Positions 12,510-25,649 of a stretch of 64,000 nt of DNA are shown piece by piece. A model generated the notes under the pieces. It saw only the letters and a program-made list of their open reading frames with translations. It searched no databases and had not been told where the DNA came from. This DNA is from Squalus acanthias (lineage: Eukaryota): the NCBI GenBank assembly GCA_030390025.1, contig CM059425.1:163930001-163994000 (forward strand), in the 5' to 3' direction. The number at the start of each line of letters is the position of its first letter. Position 1 is the first letter of the stretch. The translations under genes were made by a program, and so were the position numbers.

Positions 12510-15500
12510 TCAGACATGGTTAACTATGTAAGCACTGAAAACAATACTTATACTTATACTCCGACACATAAGGGAGGGGGAGGAATTTCTGGACAGTTTT
12601 AACAAGAATACAGTCACACCCCAGAGGAAAGCACAGGTCCAAGAAAGGGAGGGTGTTACTATTAGGGAGATGGGTAGCGGAGATTTAGGAGAGGTTGAGA
12701 AGGAGGTCCCGCAGACACTGGTCTCGTCCAACAGGTACGATGTACTCGCTACCTGTGAGGACAAGGAGAAAGACTGCAGGGAGGACAGCCACAATGCAGA
12801 CCAAGGCACCGTGGCTCAGAAGGCTGTCCAAGGTGGCGGGGGGGGGAAAGAGCAGAATAGAAATGTGGTAGTGATAGGGGACTCTATAATTAGGGGGATA
12901 GATAGCGTCCTCTGCAACCAAGAACGAGAATCCTGAAGGGTGTGTTGCCTACCCGGTGCCAGGGTAAGGGATATCTCATGTTGGCGGGAGAGGAACTTGG
13001 AAAGGGATGGGGTAAATCCAGTTGTCGTGGTCCATGTTGGAACAAACAACATAGGTAGGAACAGGGAGGAGGTTCTGCTGAAAGAGTATCAGGAGTTAGG
13101 CTCTAAATTAAAAACCAGGATCTCGAGGGTAATAATCTCTGGACTATTGCCTGAGGAGAATTAACACATGGCTAAAGGGCTGCTGTGGGAAAGAGGGGTT
13201 CCTTTTCATGGGACACTGGCACCAGTTCTGGGACAGGAAGGAGCTGTACCGATGGGACGGGCTCCACCTGAACCGGGATGAGACCAGTGTCCTAGTGGAA
13301 AGGGTAAATAGGGAGGTGGTAAAGGCTTTAAACTAGTAAGATGGGGGGAGGGATCTACAAGAAACGTAACCAGCCATAATATAAACAAAACAGGAAAAGA
13401 GAGCATAGGAAAGAATAAAGTAGGGGAAGACATTGATGGCAAGGGAATAAATAGAGTTATAGAACAGGGGCTAAAAATTGAGTAGCGCCCCCTTTGGGGC
13501 GCTAACTTCGCTGGGGCACTACTTTTAGCGCCCCGGAAAAATTAACGCCCCAGCAACAGAAATTGAGTGGTAGCACCAGGAGGGAAGCGGGGCGCTACTG
13601 GAAGCGCCCCACCTCCCTCTTGGGGCGCTGCGTGGGAATATTGCGGCACTATGTGCCGCGGTATTGCAGGCCTTCCTCCCCTTCTTAAAGGGGAGGGGCC
13701 TTGCGCAGCGCGACCTGGGGCCCAGCTGGGCCCCCGGGGATCGGGAGTGCCAGCAAAAGAGCCCGGCACTCAAGAGAAGTGCCGGGCTCATGGAGCGCAG
13801 CCAGCACTCCGCGGGGGGGTTAAGGAGGTCAGGGAAGGGAGCGGAGGCAGGTGCTGGCAGGCGGCCAGCAAAAATTGGCTGCCCCGCACCTCGCCTTTAA
13901 ATAGTGCCTCCCCGGCTGCAGGTAGGCCCCCCTGACCCCGTCGGACATAGCGTCCGGCGGTAAGTCAGGGGGCACTCTCAAAGATCGCGGCCGGGGCGCG
14001 AGCGGGGCGCTGTGCATGGCGACGATGTCATTGCCGGCGGCGCAGCGCTACAGGGCGCTACCGGTTACCGCCGCCGCTAACCTCCTGCTGAATTTCGCGG
14101 GAGGCATTGGCGGCACCGCGCCCGGGCGCTCGTTGCTTTGTGCCTCCCGTTAGCGCCCTAAGAGGGCGCTAACGGGAGGCGCAAAACAACCGAATTTTTC
14201 CCCCCAGGAGTCTAAAAAGATGGTTAAACATTAAGTGAGAGGAAATCCTATTAAAACTGAGTTAAACTGTCTGAACAGCAATGCACACACAGTGTCCGTA
14301 ATAAAACAGGGGAGCTGGAGGCAATCATGCATTGTGAGGAACCAGACATAGTAAGGATTACTGAGACATGGCGACAGAAAAATCAAGACTGAGAGTTAAA
14401 CATTGCAGGGTACAACATATTTAGAAAAGATAGAGAGGGGAAAGGGGAGGAGGAGTAGCTGTACTTATCAGGGATAACGTAATGACAGTAGAAAAACGTG
14501 ATGCAGCTATCAGCAAGACAAAAATAGAATCCATATGGATAGAGATAAAAGATAATAAAGGATCAATCACACTAATAGGCATAGTCTACAGATCACCTAA
14601 TAGTGCAAGGGAGGTGGAGGAAGAAATATACAGACAAATGACAGAAATGAATAAAAAACACAGAATAATAATCATGGGGGATTTCAACTACCTCGATAGT
14701 AATTGGACAGAAGAGGTAGGTAAAGGGGATAAGGGAATGGAGTTCCTACAATGTGTACAGAACTCCTTTCTAACCCAATATGTAAGAAGCCCAACAAGGG
14801 AGGATTTGCTATTGGATCTAGTAATGGGGAATGAACCAGAGCAGATAAGAGAAGTAAAAGTAGGGGAACATCTAGGTAATAGTGACCATAATATAATGCG
14901 CATTAAGATGATAATTGAGAAGGACATAAGTATGACAAAAACCAGGTTAACAGATTGGAGAAAAGTTGATTTTGAGGGGCTGAGAATAGAACTTGGGAAA
15001 ATAAAATGGGTAACAATATTGGCAAACAATGATGTAGAACAGCAATGGGAAACATTTAAAATGGTGTTCAACAGAGTGCAGGAACAATATATTCTGCTAA
15101 AAGGAAAGAACAAACTAAACACCAGTGAGACTCCATGGATGAATAAAGCCATAGAGAACAATTGAAGGTAAGGAAAGAAGCATACATTAAGTACATGGAC
15201 AGCAGAGGAGTGCATGATAAGGGAGAATATGAACAGATTAGGAAAGGTCAAAGAGGAACTATGAAATTAAATTATCAAGGAACATAAAACAAAATAGTAT
15301 TTTATAGGCACATCAATAAAAAATAAAAAAAGGTTGGAATGGGAATAGGGCCATTAAGGGATAGACAGAATAATACCACAGGTAACGATAGAGAGATGGC
15401 AGAAATATTAAATAATTATTTTGCTTCAGTATTTACCAGGGAGATAGAATAGATGGACATGACATTGGATGATGAGATTAGTAATGAGATAAGTACATTT

Positions 15501-17135
15501 AAAATAAAATGAGGGGATATATTAAATAAACTAATCAAACTCAAAGATGATAAAACCCCTGGTCCGGATGGATTGCATCCACGCATTTTAAAAGAATCTA
15601 GGGAAGAGATAGCAGAGGCATTACTACACATATTTAATAATTCGTTAGAAAAAGGTGTAGTGCCAGAAGACTGGCGGATAGCTAATGTAATACCTATATT
15701 CAAGAAGGGGGATAGAACATGTCCAGGGAATTATAGACCAGTCAGCTTAATATCGGTGTAAGGAAAAATAATGGAATCCCTACTAAAGGAAAAAATAGAA
15801 GAACATCTAGAAACCAAAAATATAATAAGGAATAGTCAGCATGGATTTCAAAAGGGAAAGTCTTGCTTGACCAACCTGACTGAATTTTTTGAAGAGGTAA
15901 CAGAGAGAGTAGACAATGGTAATGCAGTAGATGTAATTTATCTAGATTTTCAAAAGGCCTTCGATAAGGTACCCCATAATAGACTGATGAACAAGGTCAG
16001 AGAATGCGGAGTCAGGGGACAAGTAGCAGAATGGATAGCTAGCTGGCTACAAGACAGAAAGCAGAGAGTAGGGGTAAAGGGTAGCTATTCACAGTGGCAG
16101 AAGGTACGTAGTGGTGTTCCAGAAGGATCAGTGCTGGGACCACTGTTGTTCACAATTTACATTAACGATTTAGACTTTGGAATTAAAAACACAATTTCTA
16201 AATTTGTGGATGACACCAAATTGGGGGGGGGGGGGGGGTAGTTAATACGGAGGAAGACTGCAACAAGTTACAGGAGGACTTTAATAAATTTGCAGAATGG
16301 GTATATAATTGGCAAATGAATTTCAAAACAGATAAATGTGAGGTATTATATTTTGGTAGGAAGAATAGGGAGGTCACTTATTACTTGGAGGGTGCGAGTC
16401 TAGGTGGGGTCGAGGAACAAAGTGATCTCAGAGTAAAAATACACAAATCACTAAAAGTTGCGACACAGGTTAGCAAGGCCATATAAAAAGGAAACCAAGC
16501 ACTCGGGTTTATTTCTAGAGGGATAGAATTGAAAAGTAGGGAAGTTATGCCAAACCTGTATCGAACCTTGTTTAGACCACACTTGGAGTACTGCGTGCAG
16601 TTCTGGTCACCATATTATAAAAAGGATATAGAGGCACTGGAGAGGGTGCAGAGAGGCACTGGAGAGGGTGCAGAGAAGATTTACAAGGATGATACCAGAA
16701 ATGCGAGGGTATACATATCAGGAAAGGATGAACAGGCTGGGTCTCTTTTCTCTTGAAATAAGGCAGCTGAGGGGTGACCTAATAGAGGTCTTTAAAATTA
16801 TGAAAGGTTTTGATAGAGTGGATACAGAGAGAATGTTTCCACTTGTAGGGAAGAGCATAACTGAAGGCCATCAATATAAGATAGTCACCAAGAAATCCAA
16901 TAAGGAATTCAGAAGAAACTTCTTTACCCAAAGAGTGGTGAGAATGTGGAAGTCGCTATCACAGGGAGTAGTTGAAGCGAATAGTATAGGTACATTTAAG
17001 GGGAGGCTAGACACGCATATGAGGGGGAAGGGAATAGAGGGTTATGCTGATAGATTTAGATGAGGAAAGATGGGAGGAGGCTTGAGTGGAGCATGGCCTG
17101 TTTCTGTCCCGTATATCCTATGTAATCCTATGTAA
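12510..17135 (+). mobile_element. Near-full-length degenerate CR1 LINE (ORF1 SGNH esterase-like; ORF2 APE-RT), interrupted by a MITE
   Basis: ORF1 motifs VVVIGDSIIRG, HVGTNNIG and GLHLN; ORF2 motifs MGDFNY, SDHN, YLDFQKAFDKVPH and FVDDTK; many stops and frameshifts; (TCCTATGTAA)2 tail. The 5' boundary is approximate. Confidence 0.93.
13468..14204. mobile_element. Harbinger-type MITE (737 bp) related to the element at 35648-39794
   Basis: TIRs GGGCTAAAAATT and AATTTTTCCCCC; TSD CAG/CAG; right subterminal TTAGCGCCCT...GGCGCTAACGGGAGGCGCAA shared with 39741-39775. Confidence 0.88.
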
Positions 17136-17239
17136 ACAGTAAAGTTTCTTTTAGAGTTGTTATATAACTTATTAAACTTTCATGTTGGTATTTTACTAAA
17201 AAATCTCTCATCGCATTGCTCACCATGAGTTTTGGGTTT

Positions 17240-18570
17240 TATAAGAACAGGGATAGGAACAGGAGTAGGCCATTTAGCCCCTCGAGTCTGTTTCACCATT
17301 CAATGAGATCATGGCTGATCTGCGACCTAACTCCATATACCTGCCTTTGGCCCATATACCTTAATACCTCTGGTTAACAAAAAGCTATCAATCTTAGATT
17401 TAAAATTAACAATTGATCTAGCATCAATTGCCGTTTGCAGAAGAGAGTTCCAAACTTCTACCACCCTTTGTGTGTAGAAGTGTTTCCTAATTTCACTCCT
17501 GAAAGGTCTGGCTCTAATTTTAGACTATGTCCCGGTAGTCCTAGAATCCCCAACCAGCGGCAATAGTTTCTCTCTATCTACCCTATAAGTTCCCCTTAAT
17601 ATCTTGAATACTTCGATCAGATCACCCCTTAACCTTCTAAATTCTAGGGAATAGAACCCTACTTTGTGTAATCTCTCCTCGTAACTTAACCCTTGAAGTC
17701 CGGGTATCATTCTGGTAAACCTACGCTGCACTCCCTCCAAGGCCAATATATCTTTCCTAAGGTGTGGTGTCCAGAACTGCTCACAGTACTCCAGGTGTGG
17801 TCTAACCAGGGTTTTGTACAGCTGTAGCATAACTTCTACCCCCTTGTATTCTAGTCCTCTAGATATAAAGGCCAGCATTCCATTAGCCTTTTTGATTATG
17901 TTCTGTACCTGTTCATGATATTTTAATGATCTATGTACTTGGACCCCCAAGTCTCTTTGGACATCCACTGTTTTTAGCTTTTCACCATTTAGAAAGTACC
18001 CTGTTCTATCCTTTTTAGGTCTAAAGTGGATGACCTCACATTTGCTTACATTGAAATCCATTTGCCACAGTTTTGCCCATTCGCTTAATCTAGCAATACC
18101 CCTTTGTAATTGTATGCTTTAATCTACACTGTCTACAGTGCCTCCTATCTTTGTCATCGGCAAATTTGGATATATGACTTTCTATGCCAGCATCTAAGTC
18201 GTTATTGAAAATCGTGAATAGTTGAGGCCCCTACACAGATCCCTGCGGGACACCACTAGTCACATCCTGCCAATTAGAGTACCTGCCCATTATCCCTACT
18301 CTCGGTCTCCTGCCGCTCAGCCAATTTCCTAACCAGGTCAATAATTTTCCCTCAATTCTGTAGGTTAAAATTCTCTTATGTGGGACTTTATCAAATGCCT
18401 TCTGGAAGTCCATATAAATAACATCCATAGACATTCTCCTGGTTTGTCAAGCATGACCTACCTTTCACAAATCCATGCTGGTTTCTCTGAGCAACTGAAA
18501 ATTTTTGAGGTATTCGGTCACCCTATCCTTAATTAGACTCTAGCAATTTCCCGACAACAGATGTTAGGAT
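17240..18570 (-). mobile_element. 5'-truncated CR1 LINE
   Basis: ORFs 18231-18434 (YMDFQKAFDKVPH, GVPQGSV) and 17525-18061 (YKTLVRPHLEYC), followed by a CR1 3'UTR. Confidence 0.92.
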
Positions 18571-19285
18571 GTTATGCCAAGTAGTTTAATCAGGGACACT
18601 CTGCTCAGTTCGTAGGCCTGGTTGTAATGGGATGGGACCTCAGGGTCTAGCAGTGCTTGGAGTTGGCGGAGGAAGTGTGTCCTGTCATTTTAGGAACATG
18701 GGGATGAGGGTCCCATGGTCTTGAAAATACTGAGGTTTTGGGAACAATGGGACAGGTAATGGGACTGGGATCAATGGATGAGGGGTCTTGCAATCTGGGA
18801 CATTGTAGATGGAGGTGGTCCGATCGCAGGATATGATGGTGGTAAAAGTCCTAGGAAAGGGGGTCCTCTGATCCTGCTGGATTATGAGATGAGTTGGAAG
18901 TTTTCTGGGGCAGAGACTAGCAGAATTGATCCTGGCATTTGGCAATATTGAGGGTTAGGGTCTTGCAGCCTTATTGGGGAGGGGGACCAGGAGAATGTGA
19001 CCCAAACTGTCTTGGCCCCTTTCAGACCGTTAGGCCTCAACCTCCTCACCATGATTCTTCCCATCAGCCTCCTTATCTTCAGTCCCTTTTGCACCATCAG
19101 GAACCTCTCCACATTGAATTCCCTGTCATCATCTGGTTCCTGTCTTCACATTCTGCCTTAAAACAATTAGTGAGTTTGGCAGCTCATGCAGTCCTTAACA
19201 AACATAAATTTCAATAAACAAAAGCAAAATTGCCTCTTAAACAGTTAATCGTTTACATCTTTTACCAGTCTTTAATTAAGAAAAA

Positions 19286-22200
19286 AGGGGAGCAATTCGG
19301 TACCTTAGCACCTCCAGTTAGCGCCTGGCAGGGGCGCCTCGGCGAGGCAAATCCAGCGCCGCACGCCAAATTCGGCCACCCTGTAGCACCGCCGCTACGA
19401 GTTAGCGCCGGGGACTTCAGCGCCAGGCAGATAGTGATGTCAGTGAGCATGCAACGCTCACTGGGCACCCGATCTGCCAAATTGAGTATTGCCCCCTGCC
19501 TCAGTGCCTCGCCCCGACAGCGACAGGGAGAGAAGGCATGAAGCAGTCGGTAGCCGGCTCCAGGGGCGCTACTTAAAGGGATCATGAGTAATGAGTCGCA
19601 GCTCTCAGGTTAGTGCTGTTTCACTGCTTCCTTGTCAGTTTGACATTGATTTAAACTGTTGCACAGTCATTTAAAGGTTGTTTAGTCTCTGGAGTGTTGT
19701 GGCTACTAAAAATTAGTTACATTTATTCTTACAACATATCAATGTGCTATACTTCATTACATTAATGGGGGCTGTACTGGCAGTTGACCTCGCCCTTCCA
19801 GGATCTACAGCGGAGGGAGTGGAGGCAGCGAGAAAGATTGGAACATGTGCACAGAGGGAGGAGGAGGAGGAGGGCCATCAGGGCTTTCAACAGGAGGCCT
19901 TACCCTCCGAGGGTCTTCCGACAGCAATTCTCCTACCTTCAATTAAGCCAAGAGCAGTGTCTTAGAAGGCTCCGCTTCAGCAAGGAGGTGGTCACAGAAC
20001 TCTGCCACCTCCTGCAACCAGACCTCGAGCCTCAGCTCTCTCAGTGGCAGTCAAGACCACCGTCGCCCTTAATTTCTTCGCCAGCAGATCCTTCGGGCTC
20101 AATTTTCACCGGCCCGTGGAGGCAGATTTGGAGGCGGGAGTGGTGTGAAAATAGCAGATTCGGGGGTCCCGAACCCATCCCGCCTCCATGCCAGTTTCCC
20201 AGGAGGCGGGTACCCGACCTGTGCTGGGACCCGCCTCCCCGAGGCGGGAAGGGGATTAGTGCCAATAAACTGCCTGTTAACAGGTAGTTAACAGGCAGTT
20301 TTTTGCCTAATCCCTATTTTTAGCCCTGAAGTGTGGGCTTCCCGACAGGTCCGAACCACGCCGATTTAGCAAGGTGGACCGTCGGTCTGGAGGGCTTGGA
20401 GGGGTCGAGATGTCCGGTGTGCAGGTGAGTGATGGGTGCATGAGTGCAGAGGCAAGTGTGTTTGGTGTGTGTAAAGTGTTTTAAGAACTTTTACTTACCT
20501 TAACTTTGTCCTGCAGGCTAGCTTCCTTAAGGTGTCGGGAGTCCCTCACATCCACGGCACAGAAAGCAGAATGGCCGCGGAGCTGTCAAAAGCTGCAGTC
20601 TCTGCTTTCTGTGCTGGATTGATTTCTAACTGAGTCTAAGTACAGGGACTCACATTAGAAATCATATTGTCAGTGTTTGACAGCTTCACAGAGCTGTCAA
20701 ACGCTGAAATTTCATCTGTCAAAAGCTCTTGACAGATGAAATTTCAATGGCTGACGTCACCTGTATCCAAGGGACCCTTGATTGGCCTGCTAAGCCCGCT
20801 GGGTGGGCTTAACAAGGTCAATCAAGGGAAAATACAGTGGGTTGGCCACAAGTCGATGGAGGCGGGACTACAACCCAAAAAGTGGGAGTCCCGCCTCCAT
20901 CACGTCCCCATTGACAAAATCCAGCCCTTCCAGTCTGCAACAGGAGATTATAGGTAACAGCTCGCCGTTCGCCGTCCATTGCTGCATCCAGGTCACAGTA
21001 GGAGAAGGGACTACATTTTCTTCCCCATCACCAGAGAGGAGCAGGAAGAATGTGCATGTGGTGTTGCCAGGATAGTGGGATTCCCCGGATAGTGGGATTC
21101 CCCACGGTGCAGGGCGCCATTGACTGCACCCACATGGCTTTGCGGGCACCGGGTAACAATCCTGAGATCTTTCATAACTGCAAAGGCTACCACTCACTTA
21201 ATGTCCAGTTGCTGTTCAACCACACACAGCGAATCCTCAATGTGAATGCCCGTTCTCCTGGCAGCAGCCACGATACCTTCATCCTGCGCCAGACCAGTGT
21301 GCCAGCACTCTTCCAGCCACCACATCAAGCTCGCGGCTGGTTGGTCGGAGACAAGGGCTATCGGCTCTCCACCTGGCTCAGGACTCCCCTCCGCAACCCC
21401 AACACTCCTGGCCAGCACTCATATAATGAGCTATGCCACCACCAGGAACATCATCGAGCAAACCATCGGGGTGCTCAAGCAATGGTACTGCTGCCTTGAC
21501 CACTTGGGAGGATCCCTCCAGTACTCACCGGAGCGGGTGTCCCATTTCGTGGTGGTCTGCTGCATGCTCCACAATCTGGTCATCATGAGGGCCCAGCCCT
21601 TGCCAGCAGGGATTGTGGGACCACCTCAGCAGGACGATGAGGAGGAGGAGGAGGAGCAAGGAGGAGGAGGAGCAAGGGAAGAGGCAGCCACTCAATCGGC
21701 CTTCCGGAAGGGCGGCCCGTGACCGCCTCATCAGACTGCGGTTCCAGTAAATTCAACCCCAGATCCCCATTGCTCACCATATCCCCATCACAGGCCATAT
21801 CACAGCTCAAATGAGAGACAGTACAAAATTATCCAAAGTGAATGAATAAATTTATCAATAATCAGTGAATACATCTTTACAACGACAATATTTACTCTTC
21901 ACCCTTGTGCAATCCCTTAGTGCCTCGCGTTACTGTGCCTTTGTCTAGTCTAGTGCTCCTACGAAATGTTAACCCAGTGGCTGCATCAGGGCTGGTGGAA
22001 GGCTGCTGAATGTCAGTGCAGGAGACTTCAGATGGCTTTGCAGGACACCCTCGACCAGCTCTGGGCCTGGTTGGGTGTTGGCTTGTCTCCCGCCTGAGCG
22101 CTCTTGCTCCCTCCTGTCGTGAGCCACCTTAGTCTGCAAGAGAAAGGGAAGTGTATGAGCGAGCGTGGAGCAACGTGTTTGGGTGATGTGCCTGCCATTG

Positions 22201-22945
22201 TTGAATAGCTATCATTGTGTGCAAGGTGAGATGTGGGTGTGAGTGTTAGTAGGTAGAGATTGTTGGTGGGTGAGTGCTGGGGGTATGGTGCTTTGACCAG
22301 TGTGTGCAGACTGTGGTTCAGACAGTGTTGTGTAGCATTTGTTGAAGCATTGACTCACCCTGACCACCCGAGTGAGATTGTTAAATTTCTTCCTGCACTT
22401 TGTATGGGTCCTGGGGACCACAGTGCTGCGCGAGACCTGCTGGGCAACCTTCCTGCACATGGCACGGAAGACTTGCGGCGAAGGGTCTCCTGCCACTTGT
22501 TGGGTAGAGCACCGCCCCCCCCGTCTCTCCACAGCAGACACTAACTCCTCCAATGCTTGGTCCAAAAATCTGCGGGCTCTCTCCCTGGGGCATGGATCTG
22601 CCATGAGTACAGCTGGTTGAGTCGTCCGGCTCCTTGGACTTGGCCTGCTCCTGCTTGCTGACACAGGTAGCAATGCTGAGAATGAGGTTCTGCAGCATGA
22701 ATGAACCTCCCCTTTAAGAACTGGATCGAGCCTGTGGCAATGATGACTTGCGATTAGACTGCACCTGATAATAGTTAGCGCTTTGAGTCTAACGCCATTG
22801 AGCTAGGTCATTAGCGCTTGATTTAGTGCTCCCATCCTTTCTTTGAGCGACGACACTGAACCTTGCTTGCAGCGAGATTCATTAGTGCTTGGCGCTAAAC
22901 CTCAAACTTTTCCAAAGTTAGCGCCCACTCCTGAATTTCTCCCCC
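19286..22945. mobile_element. Degenerate PIF/Harbinger element (transposase pseudogene on +, 19766-21750; Myb-like remnant on -, about 21900-22604)
   Basis: TIRs AGGGGAGCAATT and AATTTCTCCCCC; TSD AAA/AAA; GAIDCTH, LVGDKGY and IEQTIGVLKQ motifs in shifted frames; Myb motif RTHTKCRKKFNNL. Confidence 0.9.
20095..20927. mobile_element. Harbinger-type MITE (833 bp) inserted in the transposase gene
   Basis: TIRs GGGCTCAATTTT and AAAATCCAGCCC; TSD TTC/TTC; removing it restores FFASRSF-QSATGD (compare FYATGSFQAAVGD). Confidence 0.9.
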
Positions 22946-23204
22946 AAAGTTGCTTAATTCTAAAAATGGCTCAGAAGAGTTTTTCAGCTAAATTTTAATC
23001 TTTTAGATTGAGGAAATAAACATCTATTCTTGATAAACTACCTTCGTTGAAAAAGGAGAACAAAGAAATCACAGCCTCTGCTAATTAGAGTTTTGTCTAA
23101 CTGAGCACCTCAATAGTAAAGTTGTTGATATTTAAATGAGACCTGCTTGAAATTAATCTTTGAGGATTCAATCTCTACTTTTTCCAAAAGAATTTATAAA
23201 AAAC

Positions 23205-23400
23205 TAAAGAAACTCAGGATGAGAGGTTTTAGTCACAAGGAGAGATGAGACAAACTGAGACTTGTCATTAGAACAAATGAGGTTAAAAGTGAGATCTAGT
23301 TGAGGTGTTCAGGATGATGAGATTGAGAAGGTAAATAGGGTAGATAACTAGAGGACATAGATTCAAGATCACCAAAAGAAAGGCGGGGGGGGGTGAATTT
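23205..23400 (+). mobile_element. Old CR1 ORF2 C-terminal remnant
   Basis: Degenerate DLVEVFRMMR and TRGHRFKI motifs. Confidence 0.5.
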
Positions 23401-23790
23401 TATTTGTCAACTTTTATGAAAGGCACTCAGCTGCGAGTTGCTGCCTCCATTCTCTGGCTGCAGGAAGATGTCTATCTTGCTCCATTTCATCTCTGTTGTG
23501 GGGATGAAGGACCCTCTCCATCTTCATCATCATCCCCTTCAGCTGCTGGAAGTAGCTACCATATCTGTACGGTGATACTATGTAGGATGCAACAAGCGGC
23601 AATAATTCTGAAGACTCTTTTTCCTTATATTCAATGACACAACACATCACAAGTGCATTGCTAGTCCTCATTTGAAACCACCATTGTTGCAGAGGCGACA
23701 ACCAGTTTGCTTGTTCAGACAGGAGAGCTGCAACATACATGAACTGAAACCCATATTTTTGTATATGGCAGTGCTCCATTAGCACTGCAA
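23400..23790 (-). pseudogene. Old Harbinger transposase C-terminal remnant
   Basis: Reverse strand reads IIAACCILHSI (compare VVVCCMLHN) followed by an acidic tract. Confidence 0.5.
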
Positions 23791-24293
23791 TTGGTAGAGC
23801 AGGATCAGGGAGAGCAGGAAAGGAGTACCCATGATGTAACTACCTGTACACCATAGCTGCAGAGGGTGGTGCTGGCTAAGGATATTTGCCTAAGGAGGCT
23901 GAGGCCTAGGGTGAATGCACAATGAACCATCCATATTGCACTGCCAGTACCTGTCAAAGTCACCACCACCTTCAATATTTATGCTTTGGGTTCTTATGGG
24001 CTACTAATGGGATATCTGTAGTGACAGCTGGTTTGCTCTTCACAGATATATCAAGGAGGTTAAAGATATATTATTCAACAGAGCTAACATCTTCACTTCT
24101 GTTATTTGTCACCGATTGCATTTCAACCCTGTGCATAATGCTGTAACCTATGATAACTGTATAGGATATTATTCTATCAGTGTCCAGCTGTTGTGTGCCC
24201 ATGAGCACAGAATAATGTAGGTGAATGCCTGCTTCTTAGGAAGCCCTATGATGCCATCATTTTAAGACAATCAACCCTGCCATCCTTATTTGA

Positions 24294-25112
24294 TGTGGAG
24301 ATGCCGGCGTTGGACTGGGGTGGACAAAAATGAGAAGTCGCACAACACCAGGTTATAGTCCAACAGATTTATTTAAAATTACAAGCTTTCGGAGCTGTCG
24401 CTCCTTCTTCAGGTAGGGTAGCTGTGAGAGAATCTCCCAGAATTCACAATATAAACACAGAAAAAATGTATTCAAATCTTTCCCTACATCAAAGACACAC
24501 TAGGAGCACAGCCAAGACAATGAGATGTGTCCCAGGGGGTCCAACGTGTCAAAACACCTGCTGGCTGCATATCCTCTCCATTTGGGTTTGGTTCTTGTGT
24601 TAGTTTTTTTTTTAAAAACCTGGAAAGACCGGCCATGATGTCAAGTCACGTTCTGTATCGTGACATGAACCCGATATCGCGATTGAGGCCATCCTCATGA
24701 GTGCGGAACTTGGCTATCAGTTTCTGCTCTATGATTTTGCGCTGTCGTGTATCCCGAAGGCCGCCTTGGAGAACGCTTACCCGCAGATCCGAGGCTGAAT
24801 GCCCCTGACTGCTGAAGTGTTCCCCGACTGGGAGGCAACCCTCCTGCCTGGCGATTGTTGCGCGGTGTCCGTTCATACGTTGTCTCAGTGTCTGCATGGT
24901 CTCGCCGATGTACCATGCTCTGGGGCATCCTTTACTGCAACGTATCAGGTAGACAACGTTGGCCGAGTCACATGAGTATGTACCATGTACCTGGTGGGTA
25001 GTGTCCTCACGTGTGATGATGGTATCTGTGTCCATGATCTGGCATGTCTTACAGAGGTTGCCGTGGCAGGGTTGTGTGGTGTCGTGGTTGCTGTTCTCCT
25101 GAAAGATGGGTA
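24294..25112 (-). mobile_element. 5'-truncated Penelope-like element: GIY-YIG endonuclease end plus 3' pLTR
   Basis: ORF 24646-25035 NVVYLIRC...YIGET...RMNGH...VGEHF...GLN; TSD-like TCCTTATTTGA at 24283-24293 and 25122-25132; hammerhead motif in the 3' part. Confidence 0.92.
24380..24415 (-). ncRNA. Minimal type I hammerhead ribozyme motif in the Penelope 3' pLTR
   Basis: Minus strand reads TAC-CTGAAGA-A-GGAGC-GACA-GCTCC-GAAA-GCTT-GTA: core CUGANGA and GAAA, 5-bp stem II, palindromic AAGCTT stem III. Confidence 0.75.
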
Positions 25113-25299
25113 ATCCTTATTTCCTTATTTGAAGGGGATGGACAGATGGCTCCTAGGAGACAAATGCTATTCTCTGCGGCCATGGTTCATGGCATTTGAA
25201 CATCAGCCACAGATTGTAGAAGACTACAGGGATAATGAAACTCATGCTTCAACTAGCACCAGAGAGCATTGGAACCTTAAAGCAGTGCTTCAGATTTCA

Positions 25300-25473
25300 C
25301 AAAATAAAAACAGAAAATGCTGGAAATAGTCAGCAGGTCAGGCAGCATCTGTGGAGAGAAACAGAGTTATCGTTTCAGGTCGATGACATTTTGTCTCTCT
25401 ACAGATGCTGCACCTGCTGAGTATTTCCAGCATTTTCTGTTTTTATTTCAGACTTCCAGCAGCTGCAGTATTT
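25300..25473 (+). mobile_element. Second palindromic Penelope-like short insertion (centre deleted)
   Basis: Same family as 9183-9420; inverted arms; 14-bp direct repeat TGCTTCAGATTTCA at 25286-25299 and 25474-25487. Confidence 0.75.
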
Positions 25474-25649
25474 TGCTTCAGATTTCATGACCTACTGGGA
25501 GCATTTTATATTACAGCTTCCCCAGTGTCTCTCAAATAATTGTGGTCTACTGCACATTCCATAACTTCACTCTGCCAAGAAGCCTCACAATGGAGGTCAG
25601 AGAATGGAATGGCTAAGACATGGCAGAGCAAGAGGGCGAAAGAGATATT

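Larger units (their letters stand above)
23850..25640 (+). pseudogene. Old Harbinger transposase remnant interrupted by two Penelope-like insertions
   Basis: IALPVPVKVTTTFNIYALGSY (about 23935), DAIILRQSTLPSLF (about 24250), then WLLGDKCY and GTLKQCFR after 25130. Confidence 0.75.
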
